Positions 49,113-58,116 of a stretch of DNA of 64,000 bases are shown in pieces. Source of the stretch: an uncultured Acidobacteriaceae bacterium (GTDB taxonomy: Bacteria; Acidobacteriota; Terriglobia; Terriglobales; Acidobacteriaceae); contig CAVRYB010000035.1 in assembly GCA_963725295.1 (NCBI GenBank), positions 4,246 to 68,245 on the forward strand. Direction: 5' to 3'. The notes under the pieces are model-generated. The model was not told the origin of the DNA. It saw only the letters and a list, made by a program, of their open reading frames with translations, and made no database searches. Made by a program: the position numbers and the translations under genes. Numbering within the stretch: position 1 is the first letter of the stretch; every line of letters starts with the position of its first letter.

Positions 49113-49697
49113 CTAGTTTGCCTTAGTCGCAGTTACATCCAGTTGGAAGCGCCGCTTGCTGGCAGGGTCCTCCATGCTGCTGACCATGGTTGGCGTGCCA
49201 GGACGGATCAAAGAACGGACATCGGATTTCATCTGACCGAAAACGGGGTTCTGACCGCTGATCGAGTTTGGTGCGACACGTGCATCCGCGACTTCAACAT
49301 CGCTGGACTCGACGACCGCATTGAGTTCCAGATACCCACCCCGCTCCACTACACGGCAGTCAATGCTTACTCCAACATCCATGTACTGATACTGAGTGTT
49401 TTTTTCGGCAGTTCCCGTTGCTATCGGGTATCTCGCGCCCGAGCGCAGCTTGCTCATTTCGTCCTCGCGCGCGGTGACACTGTAGGTGCGCGTGTTGACC
49501 TTCTTGCCATCGAGGAATTCACTGAGCGCGAAATCCAACCGATATACGTTGAGAGGTTTCTTGGCCGCAGCGTTTCCGTTCTGGGTTGCCGCCTCTTGGT
49601 TCTCCGTTTTTTTGTCACCCTGTGCTAGCGCACCCTGTGACGCAATGGCCAGCATTACGAGCATTCCCAGCAAAGCAACTCGTCTTGCGATTCTCAT
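49113..49697 (-). CDS. Secreted hypothetical protein (last gene of the ECF operon)
   Basis: Signal peptide MRIARRVALLGMLVMLAIASQGALAQ. No family recognised. Confidence 0.5.
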   Translation of the reverse strand: MRIARRVALLGMLVMLAIASQGALAQGDKKTENQEAATQNGNAAAKKPLNVYRLDFALSEFLDGKKVNTRTYSVTAREDEMSKLRSGARYPIATGTAEKNTQYQYMDVGVSIDCRVVERGGYLELNAVVESSDVEVADARVAPNSISGQNPVFGQMKSDVRSLIRPGTPTMVSSMEDPASKRRFQLDVTATKAN

Positions 49698-49709
49698 GAT
49701 CTTCTCCTT

Positions 49710-50324
49710 TTAGTTCGTTTGATTTTCCGAAATTTCAATATCAGGAATCTGGAGGGGGCGAATCTCAAGGCTATCGATGCTCAGGTCAACCTCCGCGCCG
49801 GTTGCAGTGACCTCGGGCAACGCCTCCGTGCTGGGCTGGTCAGCTAGGCCCCGAACCAGTAGGCGCCGAACCAGCAACGACTCCTCTTTCGATAAATTGC
49901 GCGGCGAAGGAAACTGATCCAACTTCGGTGCCGCTGCCACCGCCACGATGCGAATCGGTCCGCGCCTGAGCGTGTGCGTCACCACTCGCTTCGCGGGGTA
50001 GCTCTCAGGCGGGTGAATGGTTGCCACTTCATGGTGCGTCGTGTTCGCGATCCCTGCCGTATTTGCCCGTCTCGCTTCATTGCCTCTCTGCCAGACCCAG
50101 ATCGCCGCTGCGATTAGCGCCAGGGCTGTTGCCATCCCCGTCACCCACCACCAGCGACTGGGCGCAGTCACCCGGGTTCGCTCAGCCTGCAGGCTCGACA
50201 GAACGCGGCCTTCCAATCCCGCCCTCGGCTCGACCTTGCCATATTGGTCGAGCGCCGCCTCAAGCCATTCATCAACCGCACGCTCTCTTTTGATCGGATC
50301 CATGCTCATATCCCCGTCGCTCAT
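49710..50324 (-). CDS. Putative anti-sigma factor / single-pass membrane protein
   Basis: Sits immediately downstream of the ECF sigma gene. One TM segment (WWWVTGMATALALIAAAIWVW). No zf-HC2 motif seen. Confidence 0.4.
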   Translation of the reverse strand: MSDGDMSMDPIKRERAVDEWLEAALDQYGKVEPRAGLEGRVLSSLQAERTRVTAPSRWWWVTGMATALALIAAAIWVWQRGNEARRANTAGIANTTHHEVATIHPPESYPAKRVVTHTLRRGPIRIVAVAAAPKLDQFPSPRNLSKEESLLVRRLLVRGLADQPSTEALPEVTATGAEVDLSIDSLEIRPLQIPDIEISENQTN

Positions 50325-50334
50325 ACGCCGTCAT

Positions 50335-50916
50335 TCATGCCCACATCCCCGGCCCGGTGACGGCCAAAAGCCTGTCCCGCAAAATTTCTCGCGCTCGAAA
50401 CGACCGGGAGCGGACCGCTGACTCGCTAATGCCAAGCATTTCCGCGACTTCTCGCGGAGCGATCTCCTCCAAGGTCGAAAGCACCAGCGCGTCTCGCAGT
50501 TGCGCGGGCAAGGCAGAAATCAGCTGCTCCAGAACTGCGCTGCGCTCCCGCTGCAGTAGAAGCCGGTCCGCCCCCTGGCTGCTTGATGCCAGCGAATCCG
50601 TAGCCTCCTCCGCTCCAGTGGCCGTTTTTGCCAGACTCTTGCGCCGCTCGACTGCCACCCGCCATGCAATCCGCGCAAGCCATGCTTTCGGGTCGCTAAT
50701 TCGACCGATCTTTTTCCCGTACCGCAAGGCGCGCAGGAAGACTTCCTGGGTCGCGTCTTCGGCGTCCGCCGGATTGCGCAAAACCGAGTATGCGATGCGA
50801 TAGACCAGACGGGCATGTTCGCGCACGGCCGTTTCCAGCACGTCGCCTTCTGGTTTTGCCAACGCTTTCTGCGCCAACTTCAGGGCCTCGCCCGGCATTG
50901 CAGATTCTGCAATCAC
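50335..50916 (-). CDS. ECF-type RNA polymerase sigma-70 factor
   Basis: Region 2 is RIAYSVLRNPADAEDATQEVFLRAL. Region 4 HTH is EIAPREVAEMLGISESAVRSRSFRAREIL. Confidence 0.85.
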   Translation of the reverse strand: MIAESAMPGEALKLAQKALAKPEGDVLETAVREHARLVYRIAYSVLRNPADAEDATQEVFLRALRYGKKIGRISDPKAWLARIAWRVAVERRKSLAKTATGAEEATDSLASSSQGADRLLLQRERSAVLEQLISALPAQLRDALVLSTLEEIAPREVAEMLGISESAVRSRSFRAREILRDRLLAVTGPGMWA

Positions 50917-51082
50917 GCTTGCTCCTGTTCATAAAGAACGGTGCCGGGGTGGATTCGTTCGCAATAAATTTCTTAAAGGGAATGGGTTGCTTTGCCGATG
51001 GGAATGGAGGGCGGATCCCGCGGTGACGGACACCTCTGGGCCGGCATGGGGGGAACGGTTGCTCCGGGATGCGCCGCCCTGA

Positions 51083-51122
51083 TTTATTGAGTCATTGAAT
51101 CATTGACGCATTGAATCATTAA
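51083..51122. repeat. Octamer tandem array (NNCATTGA)x5, downstream flank of murB
   Basis: Sequence reads tttattga gtcattga atcattga cgcattga atcattaa, with strict 8-bp periodicity. Confidence 0.85.
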
Positions 51123-51138
51123 GCCGACGGTGCCTCGG

Positions 51139-52197
51139 TCAAAATCCGACGAACACTGGCTCCGGCTCGAGCAAGATGCCCCAAGCCTGCTGGACTCCAC
51201 GCTGAATCTCTTCCTTTAGGGCCACAATGTCGCCGGCCATCGCTCTACCGCGATTCACTAAGGCCAGCGCGTGCTTGTGCGAGATGCCGGCCGTGCCGGC
51301 GGCATATCCTTTAATGAATCCCGAGTGTTCCACCAGCCACGCCGCCGACACTTTGTGCTTGGCATCGAGGGCGGGGTAGCTTGGAATCTCCACTCCCTTC
51401 GACGCGGCACGCTCGGCGAGTTCTTTGAACTGATCCTCGCTGAGCACGGGGTTCTTGAAGAACGATCCGACGCTACGGCAATCTTCGTCACCGGGAACGA
51501 TCAGCATGCCCTTGCTTTGCCTGATCCCGAGCACCGCCGAGCGCACTTCCAGCAGAGAAGGCGGACTTTTGCGGTCAGCGAACTGCTTTTGCAGATCGGC
51601 ATATTTCAGGCTCGGGGACCCTCCGCGCTTCAGACGGAAGTTGACGCGCACGATGACGTAACGTCCGCGCTCGGTGCTATTGAAGATGCTGGAGCGGTAG
51701 CGGAACTGGCATGCCGGCCTGGGCAGCACCACCATGCGGTCCTCTTTTAGGTCGAAGGCGCGCACCGACTCGATGGTCTCGGACACCTCCTGCCCGTAGG
51801 CGCCCACGTTCTGCACCGGGGTGCCTCCGACGCTTCCCGGAATACCGCTCAGGCACTCGATCCCAGCACAGTTCTGGGCGATGACCTGGGCCACGAAGGA
51901 GTCCCACTCTACGCCCGCTCCAACTTGAAAGAGCACGGCATTGCTCGTGGGGTTCTGCGGGGATGGGCTGACTGTGCCGCCGATCGAGACTTTGAGCACC
52001 AATCCGGGCCAACCCGAATCTGCGATAACGAGGTTGCTGCCCCCACCGAGCACGAAAAGGGGGAGGTTGCGGGTTTTGGCGAACTGGGTCGCTTCGCTCA
52101 CTTCGTCTTCCCGCTTTACTTCAACGAAGTAGCGTGCCGCTCCGCCCACATGCAGAGTGGTCAGGGGCGCGAGCGGAACATTTTCATGAATCGTCAT
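51139..52197 (-). CDS. murB: UDP-N-acetylenolpyruvoylglucosamine reductase
   Basis: MTIHENVPLAPLTTLHVGGAARYF, FAD-binding GGGSNL, and C-terminal GSFFKNP. Confidence 0.93.
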   Translation of the reverse strand: MTIHENVPLAPLTTLHVGGAARYFVEVKREDEVSEATQFAKTRNLPLFVLGGGSNLVIADSGWPGLVLKVSIGGTVSPSPQNPTSNAVLFQVGAGVEWDSFVAQVIAQNCAGIECLSGIPGSVGGTPVQNVGAYGQEVSETIESVRAFDLKEDRMVVLPRPACQFRYRSSIFNSTERGRYVIVRVNFRLKRGGSPSLKYADLQKQFADRKSPPSLLEVRSAVLGIRQSKGMLIVPGDEDCRSVGSFFKNPVLSEDQFKELAERAASKGVEIPSYPALDAKHKVSAAWLVEHSGFIKGYAAGTAGISHKHALALVNRGRAMAGDIVALKEEIQRGVQQAWGILLEPEPVFVGF

Positions 52198-52227
52198 CGG
52201 GCGAATTTCGCTCTATAGTAAGGTTCA

Positions 52228-52281
52228 GTCATTAAGTTAAATTCATTGAGTCATTAGATCATTGAATCAGTGAGCCATTGA
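52228..52281. repeat. Degenerate octamer array (NNCATTGA-like), upstream flank of murB
   Basis: Sequence reads gtcattaa ... attcattga gtcattag atcattga atcagtga gccattga. It has the same orientation and motif as the array at 51083-51122. Confidence 0.8.
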
Positions 52282-52311
52282 AACTCAATTACTCAAAATA
52301 CAGGAGATTGA

Positions 52312-52761
52312 ATGTATCCAGAAATCATGGTCGTTCCGATGCGGGAAGAACTTACGCGTCTGGGAATTGAAGAGTTGCGAACTGCTGCTGATGTGGACCG
52401 ATTTGTTACGGACGAAGCGGACGAGGGATCCAGCACGAAAATGGTGGTTGTGAATTCCATTTGCGGATGCGCTGCCGGACGTATGCGTCCCGCGGTGCGC
52501 CTGGCGTTGCAGAATGCCAATAAACCAACGCGGAGCGCGACGGTTTTTGCCGGACAAGATACTGAAGCGACAGCTCGTGCGCGCGCCCATTTCGCCGGAT
52601 ATCCGCCATCTTCGCCCTCGATCGCCATTCTGCGCAATGGCAAAGTGATTTACATGATGCATCGACACCAGATCGAAACGCGGGAAGCCGCCGCGATTGC
52701 TGCTGACCTCAAAGCGGCATTCGATCAGTACTGCGCTTCGCCAACCGAGACATATAAATAA
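52312..52761 (+). CDS. BrxA/BrxB-family bacilliredoxin (DUF1094)
   Basis: MYPEIMVVPMREELT...VVVNSICGCAAGRMRPAV, with the CGC redox motif. Confidence 0.75.
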   Translation: MYPEIMVVPMREELTRLGIEELRTAADVDRFVTDEADEGSSTKMVVVNSICGCAAGRMRPAVRLALQNANKPTRSATVFAGQDTEATARARAHFAGYPPSSPSIAILRNGKVIYMMHRHQIETREAAAIAADLKAAFDQYCASPTETYK

Positions 52762-52988
52762 GGACGTGGCTCGTGCGCGAGGGAAGGGGACGAGGGCGGG
52801 GAGGAATCCGCTCCTGCATGAGCATGTCATTCACCTTTGGTGGACAGTTAGCGTCTCCAAAAGAAGGCAATCCACCCTCCAGAATATTCCTGCTTCGTCA
52901 CAAATCAGCGTAAGCGCCGTCACAGCCGGAAAGACTAAATTGCCGGATCATAACAACAAGTGCGGCGCTTCGACGGCGGAGCATTGCG

Positions 52989-53210
52989 ATGATCACTGAT
53001 ACGAAGTTGCTCGTAGCGCATATTCAGAATTCGGACGAAGCGCTCACTCCGGAGCAAAAAGAAGGCCTACAGGCCGCCGTGGCGAAGATCGTGGCTTTGG
53101 GCGCGCAGAACGGCGTCACTCCGGAACAAATGATCGAGCTACTGAAGTCGGGGCTGACGGTTGGCGAACTGCTGGAATATCTCTCAGGGGGCGCGGGCGA
53201 GGTTGCTTGA
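52989..53210 (+). CDS. Small hypothetical protein
   Basis: 73-aa ORF with helical-looking, protein-like composition. No family recognised. Confidence 0.35.
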   Translation: MITDTKLLVAHIQNSDEALTPEQKEGLQAAVAKIVALGAQNGVTPEQMIELLKSGLTVGELLEYLSGGAGEVA

Positions 53211-53324
53211 TTCTCGCTACGCGATCCCCGGTTTCAGCTCCTGGGAATCGGACCGGCGGCTCATTTTGAGAAACTTGAGCTTTAAGCGATTGCCGAGGCG
53301 CTCGCGATTGAGTAATCTCTAGCG

Positions 53325-54164
53325 ATGCCAATTCGCCGGGAAATCAGCTTCCTTGAAAAAAACTCTGCCACCCGATCCACTAACGCTTTCCATTGGACGC
53401 CTGCTCTAGGCGTGTTTGTCGTTTTCGTTGCGATTGCGTGCTGTGCGCCGGGAGATGTGGCTGCCCAGGAAAACAAGCCACAACCGCAGACTCAGACTGA
53501 CACTTCATCGAGTGGGCAGAATACCGGGGTGGTGTCGAAAGTCCCCGGGGTAGCCCCGAGCGTTGCTCTGTACAACCTGCTGCAGGAGAAGTCCATCGTT
53601 TTTCCTGACATTGCTGCCAGTACGCAGCCGTTGTCGCCGGGACAGAAGTTTCAGCTGTTCGTGGACAACAGCATCTCGGTGCACACGATCACCTGGGCCG
53701 CGTTGGGATCATCGGTTGGCCAGGCGGAGGACTCGCCCACGGGCTTTGGGCAAGGGTGGGACGCATACGCCAAGCGCTTTGGGTCGTCGATGGCGCGGCA
53801 GTCGTCGAGCGAGTTCTTCGGTACGTTTTTTCTGGCGTCCGCATTGCATCAGGATCCCAGGTTCTATCCGGAGAGCCACCCCAGTTTTGGCCACGCGATC
53901 AAGTATTCTATACAGCGAGTGTTCGTGACGCGCAGCGATGACGGACGCGATGTACCTAACGCATCCGGGCTCGGCGGGATGTTGATGGCGGAAGGACTGG
54001 CGAATGTTTACTGGCCAGACCGCAACCGGACGGTTGGCGATACTTTCTTTCGTTTTGGTTTGGATGTTGCCACCCGGGCCGGCGGAAACATGCTGCGCGA
54101 GTACTGGCCGGTGTTTTATGGCAAGATCAGCCATACCTCCCGACCAGATGCCAGGCATAATTAG
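53325..54164 (+). CDS. Hypothetical exported/membrane-anchored protein
   Basis: 279-aa ORF with an N-terminal hydrophobic segment (ALGVFVVFVAIACCAPG). No family recognised. Confidence 0.5.
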   Translation: MPIRREISFLEKNSATRSTNAFHWTPALGVFVVFVAIACCAPGDVAAQENKPQPQTQTDTSSSGQNTGVVSKVPGVAPSVALYNLLQEKSIVFPDIAASTQPLSPGQKFQLFVDNSISVHTITWAALGSSVGQAEDSPTGFGQGWDAYAKRFGSSMARQSSSEFFGTFFLASALHQDPRFYPESHPSFGHAIKYSIQRVFVTRSDDGRDVPNASGLGGMLMAEGLANVYWPDRNRTVGDTFFRFGLDVATRAGGNMLREYWPVFYGKISHTSRPDARHN

Positions 54165-54297
54165 TTTTACGCAGAAATGCCGCGTTTCAGGCTCTTAACG
54201 CGCATCTAAAATAAAAAAGCGCTGAGCACAAGGGCAGCACTTCCGGCCGTCGAGGAGGGCTGTGCAACGCGGCGCTCCCATACAGGAGAATTGAATT

Positions 54298-55068
54298 TTG
54301 AGTTATCGGATACTTTGGCTGCTTCTTTTTTGCGGACTCGTGGCATCAGTTTCGGCGCAAACCGCGGCGTCACCTTCGGCGCAATCAGCAGCATCGTCCA
54401 CCCAGACAACGGCACCTGCTCCAGCTCCAGCGCCTGCACCGGCCCAACCAAATGAGGGCCAATCAAATGGGGCACAACCAAGCTTTAGGCGCTTCAACTT
54501 CAATGTGGGAGGGGGACTAGGCATTGGGAAAGACGACGTTGCCAGCTATGTGGGCAACTCGTGGCAGGGAGTAGCGGGCGCTGGAATTAATCTCAACCGC
54601 TGGTTCGGTGTCGACGGCGAATACATGTGGTACGACCTGAATTTCAGGCCAGAGGTGAAACTCAATCAGCAACTAACCAACCAGAGCGGCAATATGCAGT
54701 CGTTCAGCCTGGACGGGATCGTGACCGTCCCAAAGCATATTGGGAAGTTGGGCGCATACGGAATTTTCGGAGTCGGTTACTATCGGCGCACTGTTTCTGT
54801 TCCCAGCCGGTTTCTACAACCTGGCACCCTCTACGAGCCAGCTTGGAGATGGTGGGACATTCAACGGGATATTTTCGGAAATGTTCTCGGGCAGACGATG
54901 TCGTCCAATACAAAGGACGCGGGCGGCTTTAATTTTGGAGGAGGCGCCACTTATCAACTTAACCATCTTCACAATGCAAAAGTGTACTTCGAATGGCGTT
55001 ACCATCGCGCTTATCAAAGCGACGGCAAGACGATCGTGATGCCCATCACGGTCGGACTGCGCTGGTGA
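54298..55068 (+). CDS. Outer-membrane beta-barrel protein (OmpA-like/porin family 8-stranded type)
   Basis: Signal peptide. (AP)5 linker. Alternating beta-strand pattern. C-terminal VGLRW. TTG start. Confidence 0.6.
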   Translation: MSYRILWLLLFCGLVASVSAQTAASPSAQSAASSTQTTAPAPAPAPAPAQPNEGQSNGAQPSFRRFNFNVGGGLGIGKDDVASYVGNSWQGVAGAGINLNRWFGVDGEYMWYDLNFRPEVKLNQQLTNQSGNMQSFSLDGIVTVPKHIGKLGAYGIFGVGYYRRTVSVPSRFLQPGTLYEPAWRWWDIQRDIFGNVLGQTMSSNTKDAGGFNFGGGATYQLNHLHNAKVYFEWRYHRAYQSDGKTIVMPITVGLRW

Positions 55069-55103
55069 ACCAGCCGAGTCCGTTGGCAAGGAAATTGTTT
55101 GTG

Positions 55104-55140
55104 ACGCGGATGCGCGTGATCCCATCCGCGTTTGCATTTT
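55104..55140 (+). terminator. Putative bidirectional terminator between convergent genes
   Basis: Hairpin ACGCGGAT-(12 nt loop)-ATCCGCGT followed by TTGCATTTT. Confidence 0.5.
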
Positions 55141-56051
55141 CAGTTGCGTGACATCGCCGGCGGCGCTCCAAAAACAGCAGCCACTAGAGTGTGGATTTCT
55201 TCCACGGCGTCATCGAGTTCGAAGGTGAACCTTACCAGATCGACGTCTTGCAAATCGCGATGCTCGCGCAGCAGAATTTTCCAGGCTGGGTCCGAGACAA
55301 GGTCGACTTTATGCCGTTCGTAGTAGCCGTATCCGAGGTCGCGCATGCGGCAGAGCAAATCGCTGAGGTGCACAAGAGCAACCAGGGGCTGCGCGTTCTG
55401 GCTTTGCTCGACGGCATGGTGATGCGCGATCACCTCGCGGATATCGTTCGCCAGGTTCCACTTCTCGGATATCGCCAACCCTGTTTCACAATGAGTGAAT
55501 CCCATGACGGCGAGTTCCGCCTCATGAAGTGGAATGCCGTCCGCATAGGCCGACTCGAGGGCCCTGCCAAAGTCGTTCGGAAATGCGACGCAGCTGACGA
55601 TGAACCCAATATCGTGCAATAGACCAGCCATGTACGCCGTTTCGTGATCGGCAGCGCCTAATTTTTCGCTTAGCTTCTGGCAAACCAGCGCGCACCCGAG
55701 CGAATGCCTCCAGAAGACGCTGGGATCAAGCAACCATTTTCCCGTTGGCAAGGCCTGACCGAGGCAACAGGTGAGCAGAATCGTCTCCACGCGCCGGAGG
55801 CCAAGACTGATGACTGCTCCTTTGATCGATTTAGGCGGCTGAGAAAGGCCGAACAGAGGAGAACCTGCCATTCGCAGGCACTGCGCCGCGATCGATCCGT
55901 CGTAGGAAACCAGCCGTGCGACCTCGTCGACGCGCACTTCTTCGGAGTTGCCGAGCATTTTCAGCAGCGGAAGAAAGACTGCCGGAATGGCCGGCATGGT
56001 CTCGATCCGGCCGACGCGATCGCGAATCATTGAATCGAGTGCGTTTGTCAT
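55140..56051 (-). CDS. HDOD domain protein
   Basis: IPAVFLPLLKML...VARLVSYDGSIAAQCLRMAGSPLFG...WRHSLGCA...LLHDIGF. Confidence 0.8.
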   Translation of the reverse strand: MTNALDSMIRDRVGRIETMPAIPAVFLPLLKMLGNSEEVRVDEVARLVSYDGSIAAQCLRMAGSPLFGLSQPPKSIKGAVISLGLRRVETILLTCCLGQALPTGKWLLDPSVFWRHSLGCALVCQKLSEKLGAADHETAYMAGLLHDIGFIVSCVAFPNDFGRALESAYADGIPLHEAELAVMGFTHCETGLAISEKWNLANDIREVIAHHHAVEQSQNAQPLVALVHLSDLLCRMRDLGYGYYERHKVDLVSDPAWKILLREHRDLQDVDLVRFTFELDDAVEEIHTLVAAVFGAPPAMSRN

Positions 56052-56953
56052 AACTTTCCGCTGGTCAAGGACGGTTTCCAGTAGCCGATGGCGCCGGGAA
56101 AATGGACGAGATGGAACTTATCGTTCAAGTTCATCAGCGATTCGGATGTCCCAAGGAAAAAATAGCCACCGAAATTCAGGTTGCTGAAGAAGTGGTTAAT
56201 GACTTTCGATTTGGACGCGGCATCGAAATAGATCAGCACATTGCAGCAGAAAATCAGGTCCAGGCCCTTCATGAAGAGCATCCTGGAGTCGTCTTGCAGA
56301 TTGAGACGGCTGAACGTGATCAGTTTTTTTACTTCGGGCCGTACCTCTAACTTCTTTTGGTCGATGGCGGAGAAATATTTCCGCTTGAAGTAGTCGGTTG
56401 TCGCGCGCAGCGCATAATCGCCGTAGATGCCAGCCTTGGCGGTTTCCACAGAGCGGTCGTTCAAGTCAGTAGCGAGAATCTCGACGGTCCATCCTTTGAG
56501 CAGCCGCTCGCTTTCCTCGATCATGTTCATTGCCAGTGTGTAAGGTTCTTCTCCGGTCGAGCAGCCCGCACTCCAGATGCGCAGGCGCTTGGTGATCTGC
56601 TTGGTTCTTTCTGCCACCAGTTCCGGAAGAATGACTTTCCGCAAGGCATCGAGTTGCGGCTGGCTGCGAAATAGGCATGTTTCTCCGATGGTGACTTCGT
56701 TGAGCAGTTCCCGCATTTCTACATCGCGGTCAGGCGTGGCGGTAAGGCGATCCCAATATTCACGCAGAGAGCGCGCTTGCAGACGACTCATTCGCCGGTT
56801 ACAGCCGTCCACAAGCAGGTAGAGCTTCTCTTCCGCTTTGTAGATTCCCGAGACTTTGTACACAAGATCACGAATCTGGCGGTACACGGGATCCATGGGC
56901 TCGCCACTCTTGGTGACGGTCCGCGCAGGAGGGATTTGGGAGGCAGTCGTCAT
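56048..56953 (-). CDS. cheR: Chemotaxis protein methyltransferase CheR
   Basis: ETCLFRSQPQ, IWSAGCSTGEEPYTLAM, and FCCNVLIYFD. 4-nt overlaps with both neighbouring genes. Confidence 0.92.
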   Translation of the reverse strand: MTTASQIPPARTVTKSGEPMDPVYRQIRDLVYKVSGIYKAEEKLYLLVDGCNRRMSRLQARSLREYWDRLTATPDRDVEMRELLNEVTIGETCLFRSQPQLDALRKVILPELVAERTKQITKRLRIWSAGCSTGEEPYTLAMNMIEESERLLKGWTVEILATDLNDRSVETAKAGIYGDYALRATTDYFKRKYFSAIDQKKLEVRPEVKKLITFSRLNLQDDSRMLFMKGLDLIFCCNVLIYFDAASKSKVINHFFSNLNFGGYFFLGTSESLMNLNDKFHLVHFPGAIGYWKPSLTSGKL

Positions 56954-58089
56954 TGTGCGCGAGGCTCCAGTGTGGAATAAGTTCTAGTCGCGCCGACGGA
57001 GTCGGATTTTCGGCTTTGCCGCACCCAGCGCTCGATCTCAACCACCAGGCGATCGAGCGGATAGGCGGCATCGGCCAGGCCAGAGGCATGCACCAGGCCG
57101 GGCATTCCCCACACTACGGAGGACTTTTCGTCCTGAATAATGATGTTTCCCCCGGCGTCGCGAATATCCTTTGCTCCGAGGACGCCGTCCGCACCCATTC
57201 CGGTCATGACAACGCCGAGAACGTGAGCGCCATAGACCTGGGCAACTGAGCGGAACAAGACGTCGACCGCCGGCCGGCAGGAATTTTCGGGAGGCGATTG
57301 GTTCAAGGCCACTCGACAATCCGCGGCGGACCGGGTGACCTGCATGTGAAAATTGCCCGGAGCGATCCAGACATGGCCGGGGCTCACGACTGCGCCAGCC
57401 CGGCCCTCCTCAACGGCGAGGGTGGATTGTTTGGCGAGACGTTCCGCCAGGAGGCGAGTAAAAATGGCCGGCATGTGCTGCACGATTACGATCGGAACGG
57501 GGAAGTCGGCGGAAATTCGGGGCAAGACTTCGGCCAGCGCGTTCGGACCTCCGGTAGATGTGCCGATGGCAACAATGTCGATCCTTGGATGCGACTGCTT
57601 ACGTGGAATGGCAAGCGGGATCGCCGCCGGGATCGCGGTGAGAGTTAAGGTCGCGGCGCCACAGAGGGCTTTGATCTTGGGGATGAGTTCGGTGCGGATT
57701 CGTTCAATGGCGGCTGCCGGGCTCCCGGTGCTGCTCGGTTTCGTAGCGTAGTCGGAGGCGCCGAGGGCCAAAGCATCAAGAGTTGCCGCCGCACCTCGTT
57801 CGGTGAGTGTACTGAACATGATTACGGGCAGGCGCGGGTGCGTCTTCCGCAAGGCAGCCAGTGTTTCCAAACCGTTCATCACGGGCATTTCGACATCAAG
57901 CGTGACCAGATCGGGATTCAGCAACGGAATTTTGGAGAGCGCGATGTGTCCGTCGCCGGCAGTGCCCGCGATCTTTAGAGCGGGGTCGGTCGACAAGGTT
58001 TCGGAGAGTATCTTCCGAATGACGACGGAGTCGTCCACGACGAGGATGCGAATGGGTGTCATAAAAGACGAGCCGACTCGGTTGGCCAC
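56950..58089 (-). CDS. cheB: Chemotaxis response regulator protein-glutamate methylesterase CheB
   Basis: REC domain (ILVVDDSVVIRK...DVEMPVMNG). Methylesterase motifs GTSTGGPNAL and MTGMGADG. Confidence 0.92.
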   Translation of the reverse strand: MANRVGSSFMTPIRILVVDDSVVIRKILSETLSTDPALKIAGTAGDGHIALSKIPLLNPDLVTLDVEMPVMNGLETLAALRKTHPRLPVIMFSTLTERGAAATLDALALGASDYATKPSSTGSPAAAIERIRTELIPKIKALCGAATLTLTAIPAAIPLAIPRKQSHPRIDIVAIGTSTGGPNALAEVLPRISADFPVPIVIVQHMPAIFTRLLAERLAKQSTLAVEEGRAGAVVSPGHVWIAPGNFHMQVTRSAADCRVALNQSPPENSCRPAVDVLFRSVAQVYGAHVLGVVMTGMGADGVLGAKDIRDAGGNIIIQDEKSSVVWGMPGLVHASGLADAAYPLDRLVVEIERWVRQSRKSDSVGATRTYSTLEPRAQ

Positions 58090-58116
58090 CCCGGCACTCC
58101 GATCGCGTCGTGGAGA

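Noticed and set aside
51083-52281. Octamer arrays as terminal repeats of an insertion sequence carrying murB
   Set aside because: The arrays are direct tandem octamers, not inverted repeats. No transposase is present and murB is a core gene. They are kept as an unexplained repeat finding instead.
54409-54450. (AP)5 coding repeat in the OMP, and the KEVRNEIRKEVRKEV repeat at about 31490-31540
   Set aside because: These are ordinary low-complexity linker sequences within proteins. They are not independent elements.
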